A stretch of DNA of 64,000 nt from assembly GCA_964016885.1 (NCBI GenBank), contig OZ024752.1:5394001-5458000 (forward strand), written 5' to 3'. The notes beneath the pieces were generated by a model. That model made no database searches, was not told where the DNA came from, and saw only the letters and a program-made list of their open reading frames with translations. The stretch is from Eledone cirrhosa. Its lineage: Eukaryota. The position numbers were made by a program, and so were the translations under genes. Positions 1 through 11,895 of this stretch are shown one piece after another (positions within the stretch are counted from its first letter, which is position 1; each line of letters begins with the position of its first letter).

Positions 1-5
1 CCACA

Positions 6-224
6 ATGGAAGCCATGACTCGTCAAACGGCGGAGTTGTGCCAGGGATTCAGGTCCTTTGGACGGCAGAGGAGCGGCTCACGATGTTATTCAACTCCTCG
101 CCACCGTAGCCCTTCCAAAACACCAAAACCACCATATTGTTATTACCATGACAAATATGGTGACAAAGCCGCCCGTTGTAGGCCTCCTTGTGCTTACATG
201 GGAAACGACGACCAGAGTCACTAA
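6..224 (+). pseudogene. gag C-terminus with atypical Cys/His knuckle
   Basis: CYYH...CRPPC motif immediately upstream of pol; overlaps pol in the -1 frame. Confidence 0.8.
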
Positions 225-3200
225 CGGCGGATAGTGTGCTCTGCGAAACATCATCCAACCGCCACTTTTTCAGTGAGGACCTCCTATCAGGTAGAGCCTT
301 TCTGGTTGACACAGGTGCAGTTTGTTCAATATGGCCTGTGTGTTGTATGAAGGAGACTCCCCCTGAGACACCTATTGAGTTGCAGGCAGTAAATTGTTCG
401 CCGATTCGAACCTTTGGACAAATCTCGCTACCTTTGCAGTTCCGTAACCTGCGGCGTGAATTTAAATGGATATTTACTGTCGCTGCCTTGCCGTATCCGA
501 TTCTAGGCGCGGATTTTCTCTACCATTTTTCATTGACGGTGGACCTCCGTCGTAAACGCCTAATTGACGGCATCACTGGTTTAACTGTTGTTGGCAAGGC
601 AGCAGAAGTTCCAGCGGTTAGCCCCACCTTTTTTCTTGCTAACACCGGTGATACTTACCATGCGTTGTTAAACTCGTTCCCGCAACTGACTTAGGGAAAT
701 TTTCGAGTTGATGAGCGAACTCATACCACGGAGCACTTCATATCTACAACTGGTGCTCCCGTTTTTTCTCGTCCTCTTCGCTTGCCTCCGGACAAACTCA
801 AAGCAGCACGATCAGAGTTTGATCATATGCTGCAGTTGGAGATTATTCGTCCATCCATGAGCCCGTGGGCGTCCCCATTACACATGGTACCGAAAGCGAC
901 TGGCGATTGGAGACCTACTGGAGATTATCGACGCCTAAATTCGATAACGGAACCGGACCGTTATCCTATCCCTCATCTGCAAGACTTTGCGTCTTCGTTG
1001 CAGGGATGCAAGATATTCTCCAAACTGGATTTAATTCGTGCGTACCATCAAATTCCTGTCCATAAAAATGACATTCCAAAAACGGCTATAGTTACGCCAT
1101 TTGGGTCATTTGAGTTTTTGACCATGCCGTTCGGATTAAGGAATGCCGCTAGTACGTTTCAGCGGTTTATGGATGAGGTTATTCGTGGCCTCGATTTCGT
1201 CTATACCTATATTGACGACCTGCTCATTGCTAGTTCTTCTCAAGAGCAACATACACACCATTTGAATCTTCTTTTCTGCCGATTGAAGGCGTATAACGTG
1301 TAGATTAATGCACCCAAATGTGTTTTTGGTGCTGAGTCACTGACTTTCTTGGGTCCCGTCATCGACGCCGACGGTATTCGACCCCGGCCTGAGCGAGTTA
1401 AGGTCATAGAGGATTTGCCTCCACCGACCTCACTACGTCAGTTACGCCAGTTCTTAGGCCTGATTAACTTTTATAGGCGTTTCGTGCCAAATTGTGCAAG
1501 ATTGCTTTTCTCCCTGACAGAAATTTAAAGAAATTGTCGGAAGAGGAACAAAGACATTTCTTTGACCGACACTCAACTTGCTAATTTTCAGCACGCCAAA
1601 ACTGCTTTGGCTAATGCTTCGTTACTGACTCACCCGGTACCCGGTGCAAAGCTAACGCTTTGTGTTGATGCATCGGATATCGCTGTGGGCGCAGTGCTAC
1701 AGCAAAACATCAATGGTTACCAGCAACCGCTGGAGTTTTTTTCCAGAAAGCTGAAACCTGCTGAGACGCGCTACAGCACCTTTGGAAGAGAGCTTTTGGC
1801 CATCTATTTGGCCGTGAAACATTTTTCACATATGCTAGAGGGTAGACTATATACTATCCTCACTGACCATAAACCATTGACTTTTGCGTTGAGAGCGAAG
1901 GTTGATAAATACTCGCCCAGAGAGACGAGACACCTTGATTTCATCTCGCAATATACGAATGATATCCAACACATTCCGGGTTCACTAAATACAGCGGCCG
2001 ATGCCTTGTCCCGCTTACCCGTGACAGCGATCTCGTCACCCTCTGACATAGATCTGACTCGTTTGGCTGGGGATCAGCCTCCCCTTGAGTCATTGGATGT
2101 TACATCGCCCGAATTTGCGAATTGCGAGATGAAATACTTGCCTCTGTCGACTGCAGTTGGCCAAATTCTCTGCGACGTCTCTTTGGACGTGCCTAGGCCC
2201 TTCGTTCCAGAGAATCATCGTCGGACCGTGTTTCTGGCATTACATGGTTTCTCGCATCCAGGATCTTCTGCCACAGCAAAGCTCATATCAGCTAGATTTT
2301 TCTGGCCAAATATGAGGCGTGAAATTGCTGCTTGGTGGCGTTCCTGCTTCTCTTGCCAGAAATCAAAGGTCCATCGACACGTCAAGGCTCCCCTGGGTAC
2401 CTTTACTAACCCAGATGCGCGTTTTTCGCACATCCATATTGATATAGTGGGACCTTGGCCTGTCAGCGTGGTTATTCTTATCTGCTGACCATAATTGACC
2501 GTTTTTCGAGATGGCCTGAAGCCATCCCCTTGAAAAACATCACCGCTGAGACAACAGCGCGTGCTCTTGTGTCTGGATGGATCTCTCGTTATGGAGTTCC
2601 ATCCACAGTAACTACCGACCGTGGTCAAGCCTTTTCCTCGAACTCTCAAAATTAATTGGTGCTAAACGCATCAGAACTACGGCGTACCATCCCGCTTCGA
2701 ATGGTATGGTAGAGCGTTTTCACCGACAACTGAAGGCCTCCTTAATGGCCTCGGTGCATTGGAGCAAGTACCTCCCTATTGTGCTACTAGGGATTCGGTC
2801 AACGGTGAAGGTCGACTTTGGATTTTCACCGGCCGAAGTACTGTACGGTGCCCCTCTGACATTGCCCGGGCAAATGCTTGCCCCTATCGATCTTGATGCC
2901 CAAGATCACGCTTCCTACGTGTCCCGTTTGCGCTCCTATTTCCAGGATTTGCCGCCAATGGACACTAGGAAAGAAACTGTCAAGACTGCTGTCCCGAGGG
3001 ATGTTGCCTCGTGGACGCATGTCTTTGTAAGGAAAGATTCTGTGAAGCCCCCGCTCACACAGCCTTACACTGGACCTTACCGTGTCTTAGCGCGCTCGGC
3101 TAAGCATTTCACTTTAGATATTAAAGGGTCCAGGGAGACAGTTACAATAGACAGGCTTAAGCAGGCGCACCTTGACACGAACGCTGTGGTTCCTGATCCA

Positions 3201-3359
3201 CGAACCCCTTCGTATTTGTCTGTTGAGCGAACGCCTGTTCCTGAACCACCATCATCGCCTGTCCCTACACCACCACTATCGCCACGTTACAAGACCACGA
3301 CCCGTTCAGGTCATAGGTTCCACTGGCCCAAAAGATTTTGCAGCACCGTCTATATTTAG
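200..3359 (+). pseudogene. Gypsy pol polyprotein (disrupted)
   Basis: ORF pieces 188-694, 782-1303, 1562-2488, 2455-2655 and 2577-3359 carry consecutive PR, RT, RH and IN motifs. Confidence 0.93.
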
Positions 3360-3583
3360 ACTATGTTAGCTGCACCCTTTTTTTTGCTTCTGTGTTTCTG
3401 CTTTTTCTTTGCCTGTTTTTTATGCATGCACGCTGTTTTTTTTTGTTTTTTTTTCAAATCCTTATTTTGGATTTAATGATTGGTAGAGCGAATAGCTCCC
3501 CCTTGTTGCATTGTTCGCCATCTTACTCCACGTGTGAGTAATAACATCGATTTTCGATGATTTGAAAATCTGGCAGGAGATAC

Positions 3584-3967
3584 TGTAGTAAGACGCCTCA
3601 CGCCTCCTGGCGGATAATGGTACAACCCTAGTTGTCTCCCCCTGGTGGAGAACACCAGAGGTAGACAGAGACAGCCACTGAAAAGCAGACGGAACACATG
3701 CCACAGAAAACAACCTCTGTACCACAAAACGATAAACAGCCAAGGGAACAGCAAACAGCAAACCCCACAATACCTTTGTAATTGTAATACGCTCCTTTCA
3801 CCACAACTGACCGCGTCTATATTTGGTATGTTCCATTTGTAATATAATAAACACATATAAACAAAATAGACATCACCATTATTTACAATTGTTGAATACA
3901 ACTCTCGTTGTGGTTATTGTCTTGTTTACGCACACACCCACTCACTTTGTTATAATTCTCACTTACA
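3584..3967 (+). repeat. Putative 3' LTR of the Gypsy element
   Basis: Purine-rich tract ggcaggaga followed by TGTAG at 3584; AATAAA at about 3846; candidate end TTACA at 3967. No second LTR in the window to confirm the boundaries. Confidence 0.4.
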
Positions 3968-4046
3968 AAAATGGTAAATAGACGAGGGACCTTCCCTCAC
4001 GTCTATGTCGATAAACAATCCAACTAGGATACATTCATTTTACCAC

Positions 4047-7000
4047 AAGACCACCAAAACTGCAATATGGTGAGAGCTAAGAAAAAGAACCATACTGCAT
4101 TGTCTTTCACATTGAATATCAAGGGATGTATTCAGGCCTTAGACAGTGGGGCATGTTCAAAGAATATATTAGTCTCCATTACATGCCGTGAAAACTGGTG
4201 ATGTGTCTGCAACCTGTCCTGGGAGGAGTGGCATGGATGCACAAAGATTGTGTATCTCGAGACTCCAAAGAGTGTTTGAAATGGAGCAATCATTGACTGT
4301 TTGGTATTTAGTTTTTCAAATATATATATACCTGGCATTCGTCGATCTTGAGAAAGCCTTTGACAGAGTTCCACGTGCTGTAATGTGGTGGACTCTTAGA
4401 AAACTAGGAGTAGATGAATGGCTTGTGAAAGCGGTACAGGCCATGTATAGGGGAGCAGTCAGCAAAGTTAGGATTAGCAATGAGTATAGCGAGGGATTTA
4501 GCGTACAGGTTGGGGTCCACCAGGGCTCTGTTCTTAGCCCCCTCCTGTTCATCATAGTCCTGCAGGCAATAACGGAAGAGTTTAAGACCGGAGGAGTTTA
4601 AGACCGGATGCCCATGGGAAATCCTGTACGCTGATGACCTCGCACTTATAGCTGAATCTATGGTAGAACTAGAGAAGAAATTCCAAACTTGGAAGCAAGG
4701 AGTAGAAAGAAAGGGTCTCAAAGTCAACATGACAAAGACTAACGTCCTTGTAAGTAGACGAAAAAACAGAACCTAGATATCCTCAGGGAAATGGCACTTG
4801 CTCAGTATGTAGGAAAGGTGTAGGTAGGAACTCCATTCTCTGCCCCAAATGCAAACAATGGGTACACAAGAGATGTAGCGGGATCTCAGGAAGCTTAATT
4901 AAGAACGTAGGCTTCACATGCAGCAGCTGTGCTGGGACAGCAAGCAGCAAACAGCCACAGGAAACAAGTACCACCAATCTCTGGGTGGGCTCTGTAGAAA
5001 CAGTAGACAGCTTCTGCAACCTAGGTGACCGAATTAGCAGCGGAGGTGGGTGTTCAGAAAGTACAATAACTAGGGTAAGAACGGGATGGAAGAAGTTTAG
5101 GGAACTACTACCACTGCTAGCTGCAAAAGGCTTCTCCCTCAAAATGAAAGGCAGACTGTATGATGCGTGTATCCGAACAGCGATGTTGCATGGTAGAGAG
5201 ACCTGGGCGCTGAAGGTGGAAGATTTATGTAGATTAGAGAGAAACGAAGCCTGCATGCTCCGACGGATGTGTAATAGTAATATACGCGAACAACAAAGCA
5301 TAAATGAATTTAGCGAGAGACTGAGCATAAGAGGAATCAAATGCTGTGTGAAGGAGAGGCAGTTGCGTTGGTATGGACATGTGATGCGTATGAAGGATGA
5401 CAGCTGCATAAAAAGGTGCAGAGCACTAGAAGTCGATGGAAACCACGGAATGGGTAGACCCAAGATGACCTGGGATGAGGTGATCAAAGCCGTCCTTACC
5501 CAATTACACCTCTCAGAGTCGATGACACACGACTGTGACCTCTGGCGTCACGCAGTAATACAGAGTACCCGACCTCCCATGGGTACAAGCTGTAGCATAT
5601 AAACAATATGCCCCCACACACCCCACTGCAAGGTGGTCGTGGAGGTGCCACGGCAAAAAAAGCACCCAGCCCATACTGTAAAGTGGACGTGTAGGCGCCA
5701 CGAAAATGCACCCAGCACTCACTGTAAATGAGGTTGGTGTTAGGAAGGGCATCCAGCTGTAGAAATCAAGCCAAATCAGTTCCTGTATGAGCAAGGCATG
5801 GTCAGCCGACCAGACACTGCCCACAACAGGACAACCCCTCTAACCCATGGTAGCGTGGAAGAACGGACGTAAAACGGTGATGATGATGATGATGATGATG
5901 ATGCATAGCACAGAGATTAGAATAGCTACTGTTAGGGCCATTACTTCTCTGATAGTATGGACATGAGATCAGAATGTTAAAGTAAAGAATCATTCCACAA
6001 ATTTTATAGGAAAAACCAACTGGCAGAACACCCAGTGGTAGACCCCACAAACAAGATGTTTGGATGAGATTCATGAGCTCAACTAGTAATGCTTGGGGAT
6101 TCAGCTGGATCAATTGAAAACATTTCCTTCTGACAGGATCCACTCGAAGGCATGCTTCAGGATTTGCCTCCATGACCCTCTCAGGAATAAGTTGAAGAAG
6201 AGGAAAATGAAGAAGAGAATTGAGAAGGTGGTGGTGGTGGAGAGGAAGACGATTAGTTTGAGTCTCATTAGTTGTATCTTAGAAACAATTAATAGTAGGC
6301 TCAAAATAATACTCAACATTCCATATACACAACAAATACTTAGCCTTTAAATTCTCCAAGTGGTTAACTTATAGCTGTACTCCAGTAGTTCAGATAAAAA
6401 GAAAAATACCGCCTAGAATACCTGGAGAAAGTCACCTTTCTCCCAAAACTGGGCAGTGTTCTTCCAGCATCATAACTTTTGTAAATCTACTATTCAAAGT
6501 GAGAAGGGAGCCTCTCTATATAAAAGAGCTCTCAAAATTTTCTAGCTTCCCAAACAGCATTTAATTTGCCTGGTTTCTTGCTAAAATTATGGCTACCAAT
6601 TTTTCAGAATTCTCATTTCCTCTACTCCTCAAACAATAGTTCTGTGAACAGCTCTCTCAAGGAGAAAGCCTTCACCTTTGCTGTCCACTTTGTATGCGAC
6701 TCCACCCTACACATACATAGTGAATCTCCTCTCAACCTATCCACTCTATCCCATATGAAACACTGCCCTTCATTCATCAACACCAAATACCATGTTGCTT
6801 TGTTTCATAACAACAAGGCCACTGGCCCTGACAATGAATATGTTTCCCTTGTTCACCCTGACATCCTAAACAACATCTAGAAAATAGCTACTCTGCTATT
6901 CAATTTAAAGTCACTCATTGACACACTACAGTCTCAGATCCACAGACATGATGTCTTCCCTCTCTCTGTCTCTTATACCATTACTGCAATGATCTCTTCT

Positions 7001-7592
7001 CCTTGAAACTTGCTAGTTTCATACCACCTCAACACTTAATTCCCTTACCTCTCCTTGTTGTGTCCAGGCCTCACACTAACCACTACCCTCAGTCCTTCGT
7101 ACCCACAAATTTATATTATGGAACTCAACTCCTCTTCATGTCTTTCCAGTTGGAGTGGACATGAACAATCTTAAACAAAACACCAATAGCATCAATCTCT
7201 TTGGTCCCTGAAGACCTGTTAAGGCCTTGGGAAATGTCCCTTCTTACAGACCTACCAAGTAAAACAATAAATACTTACTTTTAGGAGTGTTTGGATCATT
7301 AACATAAATATCCCTGGCAGCAGCAGAGGCTTGATCTATAAGAGATGAAATGAAAAATGAGTAAATGTACTGCTTGTGGTGCTTGATATCTGAAGGCTAC
7401 AGGGAAATGAAGTGGGCATGATCATATGGATGTGTGATGTTAATGTACATGATTGACAAAGCATGGATGAGTTGAGAGGAAAACTATGTATAAGAGGAAT
7501 CAAATGGAAGATGATCATTGAAGCAAGAAATGTTAAGAGAGACAAGAGGAAGAAAGATGCAGTAGAGAAAGACTGAGGAGGGCTGAGGAGGT
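4047..7592 (+). repeat. Local segmental duplication, copy 1 (contains an RTE insertion)
   Basis: Near-identical to 9099-10795 apart from the 4331-5903 insertion, the 7232-7469 segment and small indels; the same spurious ORFs appear twice in the track. Confidence 0.93.
4331..5903 (+). mobile_element. 5'-truncated RTE-clade LINE
   Basis: AFVDLEKAFDRV, GVHQGSVLSPLLF, YADD, LRWYGHVMRM, GRPKMTW; 3' UTR ending in a (TGA)n tail; frameshifting duplication near 4580-4610. Confidence 0.93.
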
Positions 7593-7681
7593 GAATGGAG
7601 AGCGACAAATAGACAAAAGTATTTTCCAAGCCTAAAGAAGAAATCAGTTTGGTTATTCTTCCTCTTCTTATTATTATTAGT

Positions 7682-7840
7682 GGTTTGGCAGGATTGGTAG
7701 AGCATCAGACACCGTGTTTTGCGGTATAGAGTTATGGCTCTTTACGTTCTGAGTTCAAATCCCGTCGAGGTTAACTTTGCCTTTCATCCTTACATGATGA
7801 ATGGCACTGGGTAATTGCTGGCCTCGTGCCAAAAGTATAA
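7682..7840 (+). mobile_element. tRNA-derived SINE (family repeated at 17.3, 49.0, 53.1, 53.3 and 59.0 kb)
   Basis: A-box-like tggcaggattgg, B-box gagttcaaatccc, shared body aactttgcctttcatcct. Confidence 0.75.
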
Positions 7841-8089
7841 ATATCATCATCATCATTTTACGTCCACTTTTCCCTACTTGCAAGGGTGGGACGGGAACTA
7901 ATTCTGGCTTGATTTCTACAGCTGGATGCCCTTCCTAACACCAACCTCATTTACAGTCAGTGCTGGGTGCTTTTTTTCTGTGGCGCCTACACATCCACTT
8001 TACAGTGTGGGCTGGGTGCTTTCATTGCCGTGGCAACTCCACGACCACTTTCAAGTGGAATGATAGGGATCCCAGTCCCTATCATCTCA

Positions 8090-8226
8090 TTTCTACAGCT
8101 GAGTAAACTGGAGCAATGTGAAATAAAGTGTTTTGCACAAAGAAACAACACATCACCCGGTCTGAGAATTGAACTCACAACCTTTCGATTGCAAGGCCAA
8201 TGCTCTAACCACTAAGCCATGTGCCT
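8090..8226 (-). mobile_element. tRNA-derived SINE, second family
   Basis: Reverse complement reads ggcttagtggttagagc...gagttcaattctcagacc...cactttatttcacattgctcc, similar to 11596-11715 (+). Confidence 0.65.
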
Positions 8227-9098
8227 CCATTAACAATTATTATTATTATTATTATTATTATTATCATCATCTACTTCTTTTTCACCCACATATTCCTGGG
8301 ATGGTCATGGGAGCAAAGTCCTAAAGCATGCCTTTCATACTATTGGCATGCAGTTAGAATATCTCAAGAAAGAAACGCTGGACAGATTTTATGGGCAAAA
8401 CCAACCTTCTTCTTTGCTCACATATTTCTGAGAGAGTCATGGGGGAAGAGTTCTTAAACACTCCTTCGGGTGAGTCTGGTCAGAAGCAAGCATTTCCAAC
8501 AAATCTGGCTGGATCTCCAAGCACCACCCACTATGTTCATGCATTTTATCCAACCATCTCACCCGGGGTCTACTCTGGATCTTGTGCTGGTTGGTTTTGC
8601 CTATAAAATATGTCCAGCAATTCTTTCTTGAGACATTCTAACATGCCCAAATTATTGAAGTTGTGATGTCCCAATCTAGAGAAATAACATCTCTACCTGT
8701 AGTGCCTCTCTGATCTCTGAGCTATGCATTCTATTAAGTAACATTACTCAAAAGACCTTTCAGAGGAACCACATTTCGGCCCCTTGTTTTCACAATCGTA
8801 TTCTTTCTCAGCAGAGCTGTTCTCCTAGAGAACGGGACCGCAGGTAGCAAATGGCAATAAGGTCACCAGATACAATGGTTAGTTGCAATATAATCTAGTA
8901 GCTGCCAGATGTACAAGCAAACCCGGACAAAGAGCGGTACATTACGAGGGGATATGAAGCAATGGCTGACACCTGTAGCTCACAAGAAAACTGTCACAAC
9001 CCTGTGATATAGATATGATGAGGTGAGTAAAGACCACCTCTAAAAAAGACTAGTCTTGACGGGTTTGAGAAAATACCAGATTATTGACTGGCATGAAT

Positions 9099-10795
9099 AA
9101 GACCACCAAAGCTGCAATATGGTGAGAGCTAAGAAAAAAAATCATACTGCATTGTCTTTCACATTGAATATCAAGGGATGTATTCAGGCCTTAGACAGTG
9201 GGGCATGTTCAAAGAATATATTAGTCTCCATTACATGCCGTGAAAACTGGTGATGTGTCTGCAACCTGTCCTGGGAGGAGTGGCATGGATGCACAAAGAT
9301 TGTGTATCTCGAGACTCCAAAGAGTGATCGAAATTGAGCAAACATTGACTGTTTGGTATTTAGTTTTTCAAATATATATATATGCATAGCCCAGAGATTA
9401 GAATAGCTACTATTAGGGCCATTACTTCTCTGATAGTATGGACATGAGATCAGAATGTTTAAGTAAAGAATCATTCCACAGAATTTATAGGAAAAACCAA
9501 CTGGCAGAACACCCAGTGGTAGACCCCACAAACAAGATGTTTGGATGAGATTCATGAGCTCAACTAGTAATGCTTGGGGATCCACTCGAAGGCATGCTTC
9601 AGGATTTGCCTCCATGACCCTCTCAGGAATAAGTTGAAGAAGAGGAAAATGAAGAAGAGAATTGAGAAGGTGATGGTGGTGGAGAGGAAGAAGACGAAGA
9701 CGATTAGTTTGAGTCTCATTAGTTGTATCTTAGAAACAATTAATAGTAGGCTCAAAATAATACTCAACATTCCATATACACAACAAATACTTAGCCTTTA
9801 AATTCTCCAAGTGGTTAACTTATAGCTGTACTCCAGTAGTTCAGATAGAAAGAAAAATACCGCCTAGAATACCTGCAGAAAGTCACCTTTCTCCCAAAAC
9901 TGAGCAGTGTTCTTCCAGCATCATAACTTTTGTATGTGTGAAGGGAGCCTCTCTATATAAAAGAGCTCTCAAAGCTTTCTAGCTTCCCAAACAGCATTTA
10001 ATTTGCCTGGTTTCTTGCTAAAATTATGGCTACCAATTTTTCAGAATTCTCATTTCCTCTACTCCTCAAACAATAGTTCTGTGAACAGCTCTCTCAAGGA
10101 GAAAACCTTCACCTTTGCTGTCCACTTTGTATGCGACTCCACCCTACACATACATAGTGAATCTCCTCTCAACCTATCCACTCTATCCCATATGAAACCC
10201 TGCCCTTCATTCCTAAACACCAAATACCATGTTGCTTTGTTACATAACAACAAGGCCACTGGCCCTGACAATGAATATGTTTCCCTTGTTCACCCTGACA
10301 TCCTAAACAACATCTAGAAAATAGCTACTCTGCTATTCAATTTAAAGTCACTCATTGACACACACTAGTCTCAGATCCACAGACATGATGTCTTCCCTCT
10401 CTCTGTCTCTTATACCATTACTGCAATGATCTCTTCTCCTTGAAACTTGCTAGTTTCATACCACCTCAACACTTAATTCCCTTACCTCTCCTTGTTGTGT
10501 CCAGGCCTCACACTAACCACTACCCTCAGTCCTTCTTGCCCACAACATTTATATTATGGAACTCAACCCCTCTTCATATCTTTCTAGATGGAGTGGACAT
10601 GAACAATCTTAAACAAAACACCAATAGCATCAATCTCTTTGGTCCCTGAAGACCTGTTAAGGCCTTGGGCACTGAATTGAGAGGAAAACTTTGTATAAGA
10701 GGAATCAAATGGAAGATGATCATTGAAGGAAGAAATGTTAAGAGAGACAATGGGAAGAAAGATGCAGTAGAGGAAGACTGAGGAGGGCTTAGGTA
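9099..10795 (+). repeat. Local segmental duplication, copy 2 (empty RTE site at about 9372-9385)
   Basis: Direct near-identity with 4047-7592. Confidence 0.93.
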
Positions 10796-11595
10796 GATTT
10801 GGAGAGATCTGATCTCAGCAGACTGAAGCTCAGAGAAAAGATTATGAATGTATGATATAAAGTAGAAGGAAACTGTGCTTGAAAGGTCCCATACAGCCCA
10901 TGAAAGCATGAAAAAATAGATGTAAAAAGGAACTGACCAAAGGTCAACAATCTGTTGGGGGAGAGAGGAAGAAATACAAAGACAAAGTTGCTGTCATCTT
11001 GTGGAAATGGAACATTGCTCCTACAGGTGTGGAAACTCTTCCTGCAGATTGAAGCAGATGGCTAATCCTTTGACATCAAGCTTGCGAAATTATTGAGACA
11101 AAGTGTTGTCAATGGCTCAATGGATGTTGAGTGAAGTGTGGTGCAACCACTGCTAGATCACCTCCAACACCCAGCTAATTGATTACTTGACTGACTTGTG
11201 GGAAACTCTGCTACTGGGCTTTTGGTCTCTGCTCACATCAGAACTGAGGGAACTCCAAGCTAAGTTAATTTCACATTTAGAAAAATAACATCTAAATCAT
11301 TTTCTAAATGTATGTATAAAAACGAAGAATATAGCCAAATACCTTGCATTTCTAACTGTTGATTATGCCTGTCACCCACAGAGTCAATATTGTTAATTGC
11401 TGAAAAACAAATCAATAGAATATATTAACTCAAATAGAAATGACAAAATTATGAAGAAACACTAAAGAAATTTCTTTTTAAATTAGCAACTCCTTTTTTT
11501 ATCTTTCAGACTCTTCACCTTATTTCATAATCTATTTTATAACATCTCTTCACATGGGCATGGTATACAACATGTGTTGGTATACATCAGATTGT

Positions 11596-11715
11596 GAAGG
11601 CGCATGGTTGAGTGGTTAGAGAATTGGATTTGCAATCTTGAGATTGTGATTTTGATTCCCGGACCGGGCAATGCGTTATGTCCTTGGGCAAGACACTTTA
11701 TTTCATGTTGCTCCT
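11596..11715 (+). mobile_element. tRNA-derived SINE, second family
   Basis: ggcgcatggttgagtggttag, ttgattcccggacc, gtccttgggcaagacactttatttca. Confidence 0.65.
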
Positions 11716-11895
11716 TCTGCCTGGAACTGTGATCAACAGATAGTATTAGCAATTGGAAAGACCAATGGAAACATTGTTTCTTCAGTCCGATTTGACAAGC
11801 TCCACCCCACTCGTTAAGCAAATGAGGTCCGGGATCTTGTCGATACATCAGACAGGATTGTCAGTAGTATTTTGGCATCAGCATTGATAACATTT

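Larger units (their letters stand above)
1..3967 (+). mobile_element. Ty3/Gypsy LTR retrotransposon, decayed, 5' part outside the window (gag end, PR-RT-RH-IN, probable 3' LTR)
   Basis: Gag C-terminal CYYHDKYGDKAARCRPPC; protease FLVDTGA; [23 protein letters not shown]; RNase H DASD, YSTFGRELLA, TDHKPL; integrase H-H-C-C, HIDIVGP, TTAYHPASNGMVERFHR and a GPY motif. Domain order is Gypsy-type. Stops at about 694 and 1303 and several frameshifts. Confidence 0.95.

Noticed and set aside
6566-6880. Duplicated 104-aa ORF (also 10003-10317) as a gene
   Set aside because: Lies within the segmental duplication, looks like decayed LINE sequence, and lacks an ATG start or recognisable domain
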